DNA of 64,000 nucleotides from NCBI RefSeq assembly GCF_009914755.1, contig NC_060936.1; one strand, written 5' to 3'. Position 1 is the stretch's first letter, and the number at the start of each line of letters is the position of its first letter. The notes under the pieces were generated by a model, which saw nothing but the letters and a program-made list of their open reading frames with translations, ran no database searches and had not been told where the DNA came from. Source of the stretch: the human T2T-CHM13v2.0 reference genome, Homo sapiens. The translations under genes and the position numbers were made by a program. This document shows positions 20,459 to 35,999 of this stretch, piece by piece.

Positions 20459-20464
20459 TTTATT
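20459..20464 (-). terminator. GCN1: GCN1 polyadenylation signal AATAAA (second ATTAAA at 20405-20410)
   Basis: TTTATT on + strand ~560 nt after the stop codon. Confidence 0.8.
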
Positions 20465-21020
20465 AAACATTCCTCTTTCAAACAGCCTTTCAAACCTATA
20501 CCCCTCCCCAGACTTGGGAACTGCCAGAGCTGTGAATCATTTTCATCTGACAGGGGTCAGATCCATTCAGACCTCACAATATTGAAAAGCCAAGCCAGAC
20601 ACACCACACTGGGCAGAGATCCACCGTCTGTGCCCCACTCGGGATATAGGAAAAAGGTTGGTAGCGCCAGCTCTCAAACCAGAGCTCAAGCACAGGAGAA
20701 GAGGAACCCACAGTCTGACCCTGCTATTATAGTTCCAGACCTAGCCATGCTAAACTGGACAAACAGCTCCTGGGCTGCCATTTGCTGAGGCGCATGCGTG
20801 TGCTTTTCCTTCTCTTCTCCACAGGAAAAGGTGAGAGATGGAGGAGGCAATTTTCAGTTGTGTGTGGGTTTGATTTAAGGCTTTGGCTGTGGTCTATTGA
20901 TATTAAAATACTTTCTGGGAACGCCATCTTCCAAGCTCCCCATTGGAACAAATGTATTTTCAAAAATGAAAACATTGAGCAAAGATGTGGAGCGGCAATG
21001 CTGCTGCTGGCCCAGGCCTC

Positions 21021-21146
21021 TCATGTCAGGATGGTGTCGTCCACCTGCTCCGTGGAGTCGGCCTGGCTGGCCAGCTTCTTCAGGGACCTTCGGTTAACCT
21101 CGTTCAGCACCTCCAAACTGGCCACATCCAGGATCTTGGAGAGGGA
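21021..21146 (-). CDS. GCN1: GCN1 last exon (58), coding part SLSKILDV...DDTILT*
   Basis: cag acceptor; 126 nt including TGA. Confidence 0.95.
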   Translation of the reverse strand, partial: SLSKILDVASLEVLNEVNRRSLKKLASQADSTEQVDDTILT

Positions 21147-21329
21147 CTGTGGGGAAGGATGAGCAGGAGGAAACATAGTCAGAACATACGGCTGCCACGT
21201 TCTCCAATTGGAGAAAGACAAAAATGAATGTTAACCCCAGAACTAGAGACACTGAGGTGGACTCTGGCAAAATAAGGGAATCAGATGGATCCAGGGAAAG
21301 CCAATGAAAACACTCATCATGCTTTTCTA

Positions 21330-22303
<974 letters not shown>

Positions 22304-22450
22304 CCAGTCACCCAAATCTTAATCTGCTCCTGAAAGCTAGCACATCCGTGGTGGCAGAGAAGAGCCTGTGGTTTAAATATTTCCATGCTGAAGAAGAGCT
22401 GAAAGACAAATGCTCACAGCACATCCTGGTGAGGCCCCCCAGGCTCCCAC

Positions 22451-22669
22451 CTGAAACACCTCTTCACCCTGCCGCATCTTGAGGAGGTTGACAATTGCCT
22501 GGTCGCTGTAGGCCCTGACCACGGTGTTCTTATCCTTGGTGTTGTCAAGAAGAGCCTTCAGGATGGGCTTGATGGCCTGGGGGTCCAGGGGAGGCAGTGG
22601 GTCCTTATTTGCCCACCAGATCATCTTCTCAGCCACCAGCCTGATGTCGCTGGATGGGTTCTGCAGACA
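22451..22669 (-). CDS. GCN1: GCN1 exon 57 CLQNPSSD...GEEVFQ
   Basis: ag/gt; 219 nt; phase 0-0. Confidence 0.95.
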
Positions 22670-23820
22670 CTGTAAAAAGAACCACAAACAGGCTTTTGGA
22701 TAGGCATGTCATCTATTCCTTGAAGCAGCCCAAATGCCCAGCCTCGACACTCTCCCTACAGCATGAACACTGACCCCCCCTGCTCCTGTGGGAGGGTCCC
22801 AGCATGACTCGACCCTGGTTTCCTGCACCCTCATCTCATGCCACTCTCCCCTTGCTCACTACTCTCAGCCCGCATGCGTTTTTACTTCCTCCAACATCCC
22901 AGGGCCTCGGGCCTCTGCCCTGGCTGGTCCCACAGCTTGGGCCGTGCTTGCCCCGGATCCTCTCTAGGTTAGTTCCTTCCCATCCTGCAGGTCTCAGCTC
23001 CCATGTCATCCTTTAGAGGTGCCCCCTGCCAATCTTATCTATATCAGGGTCCTCCCCATGGGCTCCAGGGATCCTGTCTGCCTTGTTCATCTCTACACCT
23101 TCAGGATAATGCCAAGTGAACAAGCGGGTGCAGGCTGATGTCATCACAGACGAGGCTCAATCGAATCAGGCCCCTCAGAAACTCCGTGGGTTCCCGGTGC
23201 TGCGGGGGGAGGCAGTCACTCTTGGGAACCTCATTACTCAAGGCAAGGTCCATGCACAGCACCACTGGCACTGTTGCTGAGAGCTGGTTAGAGTACCAGG
23301 CATGGCCCCATCTCACTAAAATGCACCCTGGCTCTGACTTCTGTGCACAGTAATGCTTCAGAAGCACGCCATATCACACGGGCCACAGGAGCCCTGCTGG
23401 CACATTCCTTGGCTTTCCTAACTAGGGCCTGGCACATAGCACAGTAACCACACCAAGAAGTGCTGGGCCAACTAGAAGAGGAAGGAGGGAAAAGAGAGGT
23501 ATTAAGATGGGAACCCAGGTCTGTATCTAATTTTACAAAACTACGGTGCCTAGAAAGAATGCCTAAAATAGCGATTCCTAACTTGATTCAGAGTCACGGG
23601 TCAATTTGAGAATCTGACAAAAAGTTAGGCTTTATTGCAGTGTAAAGCACACACAGAAACCCCCTACATTCCATCCCTAAGTGTTCAGCGATCTCCTGGA
23701 GGCCGTCCACGGAGAACTAGCACACAACTAGTTGAGGGCGCACTGCTGGTGGTCTCTGATCCTAGGACCTCCTCACAAGCCAGGTGTTAGGGCTTAAACA
23801 CATGCTTGGCCCCCACTCAC

Positions 23821-23928
23821 CTTAACGAACAGGCTGGAAAGTTTGGCCGGCAACTGCCCTCCGCCTGTCTCGATGTGGTGTCTCATGAGAAAGCCCATGC
23901 CCCGGACCCCGCTCACCGCAATGGGGAT
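23821..23928 (-). CDS. GCN1: GCN1 exon 56 IPIAVSGV...SSLFVK
   Basis: ag/gt; 108 nt; translated by hand. Confidence 0.95.
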
Positions 23929-24359
23929 CTGTGGAGAACAGACAGCGCTAGACGGGAGGCCCCCCACCCCTTCCCCAGAGCCAGGAAAACCCCAGTTCCT
24001 AGTAATCTCCAGGACCCTCCACTACATCACCACCACATCACCCCTTACACCATGACAGCTCTCAGGCAGGCTGCCCCGGCTGAGGCAGATGAGTACAGTC
24101 ACTGGTTCCCAGGAACAGGGATCCAAGACCTGACCCAGAAGGGGCATCTAGATTCTTCAACCCAAATTCCTTGTTTAGATGATGAAACTGGGGCCCAAAG
24201 GGATCAAGTGCTGGTCCAAGGGCACAGCAAGTTACTGACAAAGGTAAAATTAGACCCAAGCTTCTTAAGCCCCAGTCTGGGGTCCACCCGCGCTGTGTCC
24301 ACAAGGTGCTGCCTATGGGATGTGGCCTATGCCTATGGGATATGGCCCGAATGCCTTAC

Positions 24360-24508
24360 CCTGTCCGCCGTGGCACTGCTCAGGATCATTTCCTGAACAT
24401 CACTGCTATATCTGCCGGCACAAAGTCTGCCAGGAGCCACATTCACAGCCACGGAAAGTGCCAGGCTCCGCCCGTGCCGAACCATCCAGTCAATGCCGGA
24501 CACGTCCG
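24360..24508 (-). CDS. GCN1: GCN1 exon 55 DVSGIDWM...SATADR
   Basis: ag/gt; 149 nt; phase 1-0. Confidence 0.95.
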
Positions 24509-25100
24509 CTGGGTGGAAGGACACGACTGGGATCAACCGGTATTTTACAGCATGTCCCCAGCACCCATGAGGCCCATGGGCCCACCCCGCTGGAGACCAG
24601 TGTGCTGACCCAGAGCACAAGGAAAACTCCAGGCCACATTCACATGGACCTCCCTGCTATCTTGGCAGAAGCTCCCCAAAGTGGCACATTAAGGAAAGTA
24701 AGGAAAGCCTGCTCATGAACCACTCCGGGCTTACAGCTGTGTTCTTTGAGCAGAGACACTCAGGGCTACGGGACCACTGCAAATTCAGTATTGTTTGTTT
24801 GTTTTAGAGACAGGGCCTCGCTCTGTCGCCCAGGCTAGAGTGCAGGGGCGTGATCAAGGCTCACTGCAACCTTCAACTCTTGGGCTCAACTGATCCTCCC
24901 ACCTCAGCCTCCTGAGTAGCTGGGACTACAGGTGAGTGCCACCACCCCTGGCCTGGATTTTGCTTTAACTGCTGGATTCCCAAGGAAAGGACAGTCCAGT
25001 TGCTAAAAGATCCTCTGAGGGAGGGAGGGAGATGCCCGTCGACTCTTCGCTAGGGCTGAGAGGCCCAGGTCCCTGAAGGGGAACTCTCCAGTGTACTTAC

Positions 25101-25197
25101 CCAGCAAGCACTGCTGTAGAACGGCACTAAGCTCCTCTTCAGTCAAAAAGGCACACAGTTCCCCTAGGCACCCGGCTGAGGAGATGCGAGTGTTGTC
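25101..25197 (-). CDS. GCN1: GCN1 exon 54 DNTRISSA...QQCLL
   Basis: ag/gt; 97 nt. Confidence 0.95.
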
Positions 25198-26961
25198 CTG
25201 ACAGGGAAGAGAAGGGAGTGAGGGGGTGCAGGGAACAACACCAGCTGTGTGGGAACCAAGGCAGGCAGCTCTAGAGCCCAGGATGGACAGCAACAAAGAA
25301 GGTGGAAAAGCCAACTCAGAGACTCAAGATCCAGTCCTTCCTGTAGGCACTCGTGCTCCCCTGCCAGATTGGGCTGCCACTGGTATGGAGTTAAACATTA
25401 CACAGCCAGCACTTCACTTAATTATAGAAAACCCCAGTGTGTATGCATATGGTAATCATCCTTGTAATAGCAGTAATAACTGTATTTACATAGCATCTTT
25501 CTTCTTAGGAAGGCTGAATGTTTCATATTTATTATCTCAATTACTATCAACAGCCCTGTGAGGCAGGGAGGGGCGGGAGGGGCAGGAGGGGAGGCACCTG
25601 CCCCCAGCCACCAGGGAAGCCGGCTAGAGACGGCCACTCTGAGCTCCTTTCTCCCACAGAGTTTGTGTCATCTTGTGGCCAGAATGACTCCTGCTATCTC
25701 CCTACTGCATGAGTGCCCCACTGCCACCGAAATTACTTGGGTTCATCCTAGGAAGTCAAACTAAAGCCACTAATCAAGCCAAGGAAGATAAGGAAAGGCA
25801 AGCACTTCCTGTTCAAATCAGAGCCAGGTACGCGAGCGGCTCCGTGCTCCTCCCTGGCCAGCTAACTATGGAATACCAAGAGAGGATTTTAAGTTATGTT
25901 CCTTATTACAGGTGCCAACTCAACATGTCCCCAAAACAAACCACCAACCAGGGACTCAATAACCCAAAAAGCTAATGCCAGGCTGGCACCCTGAACTGCC
26001 ACCTTCAATCTGAGTGGAGGTTCAGAGGGTAAGAGAATGGACTGCCAGCAGTTTGGGCCTCTGAGCTCGAAGCAGAAGCCCAGGTGCCAAGCTAAAGCTG
26101 GCTCTGACACCGACTCTCTCCAACTTCATCTATTTTAAGCTGCACTGTGGTAAAATGCAAATATGTTTCAATACTAACTTTTGCTTGCACTGTACACATG
26201 ACTCTGTAGAAGCCCTGAAAGACTGTGACCAAGACAGCAGACTTTCCTGTCTGTCCCCACAGAGAAGGCTGGGGCTGGAGTCCGACAGCTGGCGCCTGGG
26301 GACCAGAACTAGGCCTTTGGAGCCATGGGAAGTGCAGCAGCAAGTGTGTGTGTTGCAGGTGTGGGCAGGAGGAGTGTGTGTGGGTGTGTGTGTGTGTCAA
26401 TGAAGTGTAAAACCATGTGAGCCCAAAGGCCCTCTCCTCCTAGATTGGCCCTACCAAGTAAATTAGACCACAACAGAGGGCTGTCTGAAAAGGGAACAGA
26501 AAACTCTTCTCCATAGACTCAACTCCCTACTGGCCCCACAGTGCTCGCAGCCAAATATTTGACAGATGCTTCCAGACTAGGTGAGGCTGATGGAACTGGG
26601 ACAGAACCAGGAGTCCAGGGCTTCTGGTTTGGACTCTACTACTTGCTGGGTATGGCCCAGACAAGTCTCACCCTCGAAAATAGACCTCTAAGACTTGCCA
26701 CCGGGACACACCCTGGAGACCATTTATCCCACTACACACTAAGTTTCTTGAGGTCTGTGACCACGAGGTCTATGCACCTCTGGGATAGGCCCTTTAGCTC
26801 GGCAAATGTTTCACAAAACAATAAATAAACCTCTTCATTTTACAAAAGTGGAAATGAGAGGCAGACAGAGAAAGTGACTTCTTTAAGATCAGAGAGCAAA
26901 TAGGTGAGAGGTCTGGGTCTCTACAAAGCTTACTTGCCTCATCTATAAAATAGAAATAACC

Positions 26962-27355
<394 letters not shown>

Positions 27356-27465
27356 TTATTACTACTGAGCTGTACTGGTTCTAACACAAAGTGAAGAACT
27401 CAACCTAAGGAGGAGGAGGGAAACCAGTGGTCCAGTGCTGCCACTAGTCCTGCCTGCAGCCGTAC

Positions 27466-27580
27466 CTCATCGTGTCCCAGCATGCTCAGCAGGAGTGAGA
27501 CGATGTTTTTCCGGATGACGGCATCCACTTTGGCCCCTGCTCCCTGAATCACAAACCTCAGGGCCTGCAGCATGGTGTCC
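27466..27580 (-). CDS. GCN1: GCN1 exon 53 DTMLQALR...MLGHDE
   Basis: ag/gt; 115 nt. Confidence 0.95.
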
Positions 27581-27707
27581 CTGCAGAAGCAATGCACCGC
27601 CTTAAGCCCTGGGTGCCTCCACCACCACCCCTCCTGCCAGCGCAGGCTCGGCCCACAGCAACCCCTGGCCTCCTGGAGGCCACAGTGCTCCCTTGCCAGC
27701 GCCGTAC

Positions 27708-27901
27708 CTGACACCTGGGTCCTCCATGGCGCGGATGCCATTGAGCAGCTCTGTGAAGAGGGGGTCCACCTTAATGTGGATGGAAATGAGCTTCCCCAGA
27801 GCATCTGCGGCCTTCAGGCGCACCCCCCGGTTGGAGTCCTGCAGGGCTTTGGTGAAAGTGGTCTGCAGCTGGGGCAGGAAGGGCTTCAGGGCAATCCCAA
27901 C
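27708..27901 (-). CDS. GCN1: GCN1 exon 52 VGIALKPF...EDPGV
   Basis: ag/gt; 194 nt. Confidence 0.95.
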
Positions 27902-28534
27902 CTGTGGGAGGAACCCACATCCATGAAAGACAGTTGTGGTAGACCCAAAGCCACAGTGTACCACAGGCATGAGAACAAATGACAATCCCAAACCACCACA
28001 GCGAGTCCAGCTCTCATACAGGGCTGGGGACAGATAGCCCGTCAGAGAGGCCAAACACAGACAGGTTTCGCTTGGCCTCCTGGTCATATCCAGCATGCTT
28101 TGATACACTGGAGGAGCAGGAGGCCGAGGAGGCGGCGGCCGCTATCTGAGGGAGCTGTCTCGCAGCCTTGGCTGCGTTGGGGTTTGGCTTAGTGGAGACC
28201 TGTCCATATCGATAAGTGACTCAAATCCTCCTCTGAATACATTAACAAGCAGGGCAGACTATCGGCAGTACTGAAGCACAGTTCTAATGCCAAGACAGGG
28301 AAAGGGACTCAGTGTATAATTGCAGAGCCCATCTACTGAGCAACTGACAGCAGGATACGCACTCCACATTCAGCCCTCAGAACAAGCCTGTGAAACAAAT
28401 GACCTTGGAGAATCCTCCCTGCACAAATGTGTACCCACCTAACTAAAAATCCAGTTCAACCCCTGACTATACAGAAACACAGGCACACTTTTGATACAAT
28501 ACAGGTGGGTCCAAGAGTAAAGATTTACTTACTG

Positions 28535-29307
<773 letters not shown>

Positions 29308-29676
29308 TCAAAATAATAGCATTTCACATGTACTGAGTGCTTAGTATGTAGCAGGCATCATGCTGGACATAACCTCATCTAATCCCCATATCTAGCAGCC
29401 CTTCATGAGGCAGCTGGTATTATTAGTCTCACATTGTAGGTGAGGAAACAGGCTTAGGTTATATGGCTTTCCCAAGGTCATCCTGGTCACAGAGCTAGTA
29501 AGGACGACTTGGAATTGACCCATGGTGTAGCATGTCTGAAGTCCAAGGTCTTACCTCCCTCTGCTATGCGGCTCTCCACAATAAATCTGTTGCCCTGCTG
29601 CTACATGACACCTTGTATCAGGCTCCTGCAGACAGACCTGTTCTCTAAGATCTGAACAAACTCATCAGCCACTCAC

Positions 29677-29907
29677 CTTAGCCAACAAGAGGCTGAGTGT
29701 CTCGAGCAGAGCCGCCTTCACATTCCAGCTGAACCTGTCCCCCAGGATGCGGATCAGAGGGCCAGTGATGCTGACCACGGAGGGCCTCAGGGCGTCAGCC
29801 GAGGTCAGGCGGATTACCAAGCCTAAGGCTTTGGCTGCCTCCTCCTTCTGCTCAGGGCTGCCAGTCAGGACTCCTTCCCGCAACACTGGAAGGATGGAGG
29901 TCACTCC
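29677..29907 (-). CDS. GCN1: GCN1 exon 51 GVTSILPV...SLLLAK (RWD-binding region; Arg codon at 29749-29751 corresponds to R2312)
   Basis: ag/gt; 231 nt; ITGPLIRILGDR motif homologous to the yeast Gcn1 R2259 region. Confidence 0.95.
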
Positions 29908-30380
29908 CTGACAAGAGAACCACAACTGAGAGTCAAATCTCAAACACCCTGGGCCCTGGTGTCTCCCATGCAAGCAAAGTGGTCCTGACAGCTGTCCTCC
30001 CCTCAACTCCATGGGAGATATTGATTTGGGCTGAATCTCAGGATCACAGCCTGAGAGGGCTGGCTATGGAACGGTCTTGGCAGAGAAAAGACGACAAGGG
30101 CCCCAACAGGCCTATCACACAGAGAGAACATGCACTGCTGTTACCCTGTGGCCCACTCACTCTGGCCAAGGTGACCTGCAGAGCTTAAACCAAAGGCAGC
30201 ATGAACCCTGTCCCCATCTGACTGCCATGGAAGAAAACATGCTGTCTGCGAAGGTGCTGAACACCAACCACCACGGCTACTGCTCCAGCAGCCCCTACCG
30301 CAGACCTGGGACAGGGGTAAGGGCCAGAAGGGCACAACAGACTGCACGCCCACAGCCCCCTGCACGAGGCCCTGGCTTAC

Positions 30381-30494
30381 CTTCTTCGGGAGGCAGAATC
30401 CTGGCACATGCTCGCCTTTGCTCTCGTTCCCTATGAGCCGGATTTCCTTGTGCAGCTCTTCAATGAGTGCCAACTGGTTGCCAGCATCCAGCTT
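30381..30494 (-). CDS. GCN1: GCN1 exon 50 KLDAGNQL...CLPKK
   Basis: ag/gt; 114 nt. Confidence 0.93.
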
Positions 30495-30719
30495 CTGCAG
30501 GAATCCAGGAAAAAGCGAGAGGATGTACAGCCCTCTCAAGACTGCTTCCAAAGAATATATGGGGAAAGCGTGGGCGGGAGTATAAACAAGACTTGCCACG
30601 AGTGGGTAAACGCCGAAGCTGAGTGACAGGTACGTGGGGGATTCTTATAAGTCTATTCCTGTAAATGTCTGGAATTTTCTAAAAGCAAAAGTTGGCTGTG
30701 GGGTCAGCAGTCCCCTCAC

Positions 30720-30989
30720 CTTAGTGATGGCATTTAGGGCATCCCAGCTCTCCTCCAGAACCACAGGGCTGGAGTCATTGAAGAGGCGGATCAGGCCCGA
30801 GACCAGGCTCCGCAGGTGGCTGGTGTAGTCAGCCTTTGAGCGGGAACAGTAGATGTTGAGGATGATGGCAGCAGCTTGCCTCATGCCCACCTCAGGGCTG
30901 CGGGTGGCCTCCAGCAGATCCTCGATGATGATCCGGTGCCCTGTGTCATCCTCTACGGAGAGGATCACAGCCTGACAATTGGCCATCTC
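30720..30989 (-). CDS. GCN1: GCN1 exon 49 EMANCQAV...LNAITK
   Basis: ag/gt; 270 nt. Confidence 0.95.
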
Positions 30990-31075
30990 CTGCAAACCAC
31001 AAGGGACATGTGTGCTGAGCAGGGATCCTCCGGGCAGACGGGACATGAGAAAGCAGGAGCAGGCTCGCCCCTTAC

Positions 31076-31219
31076 CAGCTGCTCATCTGGGGTCCCAAGC
31101 TTTTCCTTCAGGGCCAGCATGACCGCTGGGAGGATCACGCCAAGATGACGGGTGAGGGCATCACCAGCCACTGACGAAAGGAAAGCCAGCACCCGGGTGT
31201 TGACAGGTGGCGTTGTCAG
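31076..31219 (-). CDS. GCN1: GCN1 exon 48 LTTPPVNT...PDEQL
   Basis: ag/gt; 144 nt. Confidence 0.95.
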
Positions 31220-31497
31220 CTGGTGGAATGACAAACATTAACTCAGTGAATACTGTGCCAGGTGCTGCGCTAGGCTCTGGGAACAGACGGGTGGGCAAGA
31301 GAGCCCAAGCCCACTGCTCAGAGCCAAGCATCTACTCCAGCATATCTTGGAAGACAACAGGGGAAGGATGTAATGCTTGCACTGCACCCTCCTCCCCCAG
31401 CCCTCCAACATCTACGTTCAGAACTGGTCTTCACTGCAGGCCCTGGAAATGTCAATGCCCTGGAGCCAGAGGGTGTTGACCACATGTTGGGATTTAC

Positions 31498-31590
31498 CTT
31501 GGGCACAAGGTAGGGCAGCACCACACGACTCTTAATAGCCATGACTTGCTTCAGACCATCCAAGGCAAACTCTGACACCTCCTCGTCATC
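31498..31590 (-). CDS. GCN1: GCN1 exon 47 DDEEVSEF...YLVPK
   Basis: ag/gt; 93 nt. Confidence 0.95.
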
Positions 31591-31869
31591 CTGCAGAGGG
31601 TGTTGGGGACAACCCTGAGGAATCTGCATCTCTGCCGTCTCAACCAGCCACCGCCAACTTCCTTCTCCACTTGTTTCCCTCCCTCCTGTTGCACCCACAT
31701 TTCCTCACTGCCGAAGGCGAAGCACAAAGCCAAGTCTGATCTTGCTATACCCACTCCCTCTGGAGGGCCCACATTGCGACTGCCTTGGCAGAATAATCGC
31801 CCTGTATTTTCCATCTACAAAGACGGCAAAAGCCAAACTGGTAGGTAGGTGTGTGGTAGATCCACTCAC

Positions 31870-32031
31870 CAGCTGCTTTAGTAAAAATGGGAGAATGTCC
31901 TCCAGAGCCTGGTGGCCGATGGTGGAATGCAGCTGCTCGAAAGTCTTGGCTGCCGCCTCTCTGACCTCCTCCAGTGGGTCACACAAAGCCTTCCTTGCCG
32001 TGGGCACGAGGGATTCAGAGAAATACAGCAC
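31870..32031 (-). CDS. GCN1: GCN1 exon 46 VLYFSESL...LLKQL
   Basis: ag/gt; 162 nt. Confidence 0.95.
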
Positions 32032-32175
32032 CTGCAATGGCAAGCTACAACTGTACCAGATGCAGGAAAGGCAAAGAAGGAGCAGAAGCAGACAAGAAGC
32101 ACAGGCAGGGGACTCTGACCCAGCTAGGCCACCCTAACTCTCTTTGCCTGACTTGTCTTTTAACTTAACTCTTTA

Positions 32176-32817
<642 letters not shown>

Positions 32818-34034
32818 GCAGAGAGGATGTGATGCACCCCCATGTATCCTTCACTGAGACTTAATAATCAACAGCTTGAATCTTTTAGGTGAATTCTCAA
32901 TATACCTCCCATCTTCTCTAAGAACTGCAAACTCCTTCCCATGGCATCTGGCCCCCTCTCTCCCTGGACTCTTTCTTTTGCTTATTCTCTTGGAAAACTC
33001 CAAGTCCTTCTTCAAGTCTCAATCCAGACTTTGTGCTCTATGAAGTCTTTGGGTCTACAATGGAGCCAATAATGGCTCTGCTCCCTCAGTAACGATCCCA
33101 GCACAGCAAAGCCCACTCTGCATTCTAATGACTGGTTGGCATGTGGGCCTTGCCATTGGACTGTGGGGACTTTGCAGACAAGAACTCAGCCTCTGTGGAA
33201 CTCTACCTCTCCAATGAATCACAACTCTTTCTGATGACAGAATTTCTTTTGATTCCTTGCCAAATGTAAATTTTAAAAACCAAACGTAAGACAAACATCA
33301 ATATAGGAGAAGAGGGATCTGGTATCCTAGGAATTCAGACAAGGATGCCCAAGCCAAGCAACTGGCCACTTGCTTACATTTCTAGCGGGCCATCCACTTA
33401 ATTGCTTTGGCGTTTTCATCCAAACACGAAGGCAGTGCCTATAAGCACTCCTAACCTACTCCCCAGGGTGGTCTCCAGGATCATTTAACTCAGGAACCAA
33501 GTAAGAGTAATGGACTTCACACCCCTTGAACGTTGCTGCTATGGAAACAGTATTGTTGCCAGACGCAATATGCTTCCTCCCACCTGGCACCACAACTCTT
33601 ACCTGCTCCCCTCCTGCTAAGGGTGAGTGCACACCCCCTCCCGCACCCTCCTGCCCTACCCACTCACACAGCTGTCCATCCCCTTTCCCAGAAGGAGGTG
33701 CACACATTTTAACTGGACTTATATAGCATCACAAAAGAGACTGATCCTGAGCAACCTCCACAGTTGTAAGAGAGCGATCATCTCCAGTTTCCAAAGGCCA
33801 CTCAAGGAGGCATCCAAATCACTTAGCTCTTAGCCTGCAAAACTGACAGGAAAGCTGAGAAGACGGAGCCTCAAGTCCATGTGGCCCAGCCAGCACCTCC
33901 CCAGAGTGAGACTGGCTCATCCCTGAGGGCAGCACAAACCCCCTAGAGGTGAACCTCCTTCAGTAGCCCTCCCCCGCCCTCTGAGTCAGGTCGTCTGCAG
34001 TGCACAGCTGGCGGGATCCTTGGAAGATACTCAC

Positions 34035-34199
34035 GGCATCCCGGCTGGTGGACTTCATGATCTCACTTAGGCCAATGCACACACCCTGCCTCTCATCGCT
34101 CTTCTGAGACCTCAGGCCTTCCTCAAGGATGGGGATGATCTCGGGGAGGATTTTCTCCCCTAACTTCCGCACAAGATCTCCCAATGTTCTCGCTGCAAT
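34035..34199 (-). CDS. GCN1: GCN1 exon 45 IAARTLGD...TSRDA
   Basis: ag/gt; 165 nt. Confidence 0.95.
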
Positions 34200-35220
34200 C
34201 TGTCAACAGAGACCAATCCAGGAAGTAAAGTCCCTGCAAAGCCCAGGGCACCCAGAGGAGGACTCCAGAATGAGGGCCCTGAAACCTCCCAGGCTTTATC
34301 TGAATCACTGACTTAACTTCCCCAAATGCTCTTACCCCTAAAGAGCCCCCAAATACTCTCTGTAGTGCTTGCAAAACACTACCAAAAAATTATCTGTTTC
34401 ACACACACCTACACAACCTAACATTAAGAGCCAGCAGCACCTTACACATGTACAAAAAATTCATCATCTGCTGCACAGTCAAGGGCCAATTTCCCTGGAT
34501 GACTGAAGCCTTAACACTGTGCTATGGCTGAGCAGGAGCCGAATCTGGAACAAAGCTTTAAGGAAAAAAAAACATCTACTTTCTGAGACCTCATGCAAAC
34601 CCTTCTTTAGAGCCAAATACACAATTTGCTTGCCAAGGATGGGGGGTTGGAAGTAGACCAAAGGAGATGGGCAGAAATGATCACCAGCCCATCTGGGCAC
34701 CTCCTCCAGGCCCACTGATCTGTCTGCCCCTGCCAGCGCGCCAGCCTGATCTCATGCCGCACTGCTCCTCCCTGCCTCCTCACTCCAGCCACACTGGCCT
34801 TGCTCAGCCCCTACTGGTGCTATGTTCCTGCCCACCACGGGACCTCTGCATATCCTGTCTTTGTATCTGAAACATTATTTATTCCCTCTGTCTGGAATGG
34901 TCTTTCGCCACCTCCTCACCTGGTTAGTGCTTACTTATCTTTCATCTTCCAGCATCATTTCTTCTGAGAAGTGTTCACTAACACAGGCCCATCCCTCCCC
35001 AGCAGGTCAAATGCAGCTATTATAAGCATTTGCAGTGCCACGCAGCACTGGCCACAGTCGCATTTTACATCTCTTTGTGTGGTTATTTGATTAATATCCA
35101 TCTCCTCGACTAGACTACCTCTCATGAGGATAAGGAATGAAGCTGCCTTTCTTCTCCATTGTGTCCCCAGGTGCTAGGCCCCTGCTTAGTGCACAGGAGA
35201 TGCTAATAAATATTTGCAGA

Positions 35221-35548
<328 letters not shown>

Positions 35549-35682
35549 CTAAGTAAAGAACACAATGTCCCTCTGTTAGGCAGGGTGGATGGGTACTTTC
35601 CCAGGCTCTGCAGACCCAGCCTTCTAGGCTCTGAAAGGAGGCACTGGGGCTGCTGGTCCAAAACAAGGCCCAGGAAACTCAC

Positions 35683-35898
35683 CGTTCTCTTATCTGCACA
35701 CGTGCTGGCCAGGAAACCCAGCAGGAGCCCAAAGAGAGTGGGTAGGATCTCACGCAAGGTGCGGGGGGTATTGGAGACAACAATCTTCCAGACATGCAGG
35801 GACGCCTGCCGCACCACCAGCTGGGTGTCTGAGCGGCCCATGTACAGCCCTGCCAACACCCGGTTCCGCCGCTCTACCCCCAGGGCAGTGATGATCGC
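35683..35898 (-). CDS. GCN1: GCN1 exon 44 AIITALGV...ADKRT
   Basis: ag/gt; 216 nt. Confidence 0.95.
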
Positions 35899-35999
35899 CT
35901 GCAGCCAGTAGAAGGGGACAGAGAGTAGTGAAGCCTCTATGGCATGGGCATCAGGGCACACCCTACCATCAGCAGGGGCAGGAAAGCCACTGCAGGCAC

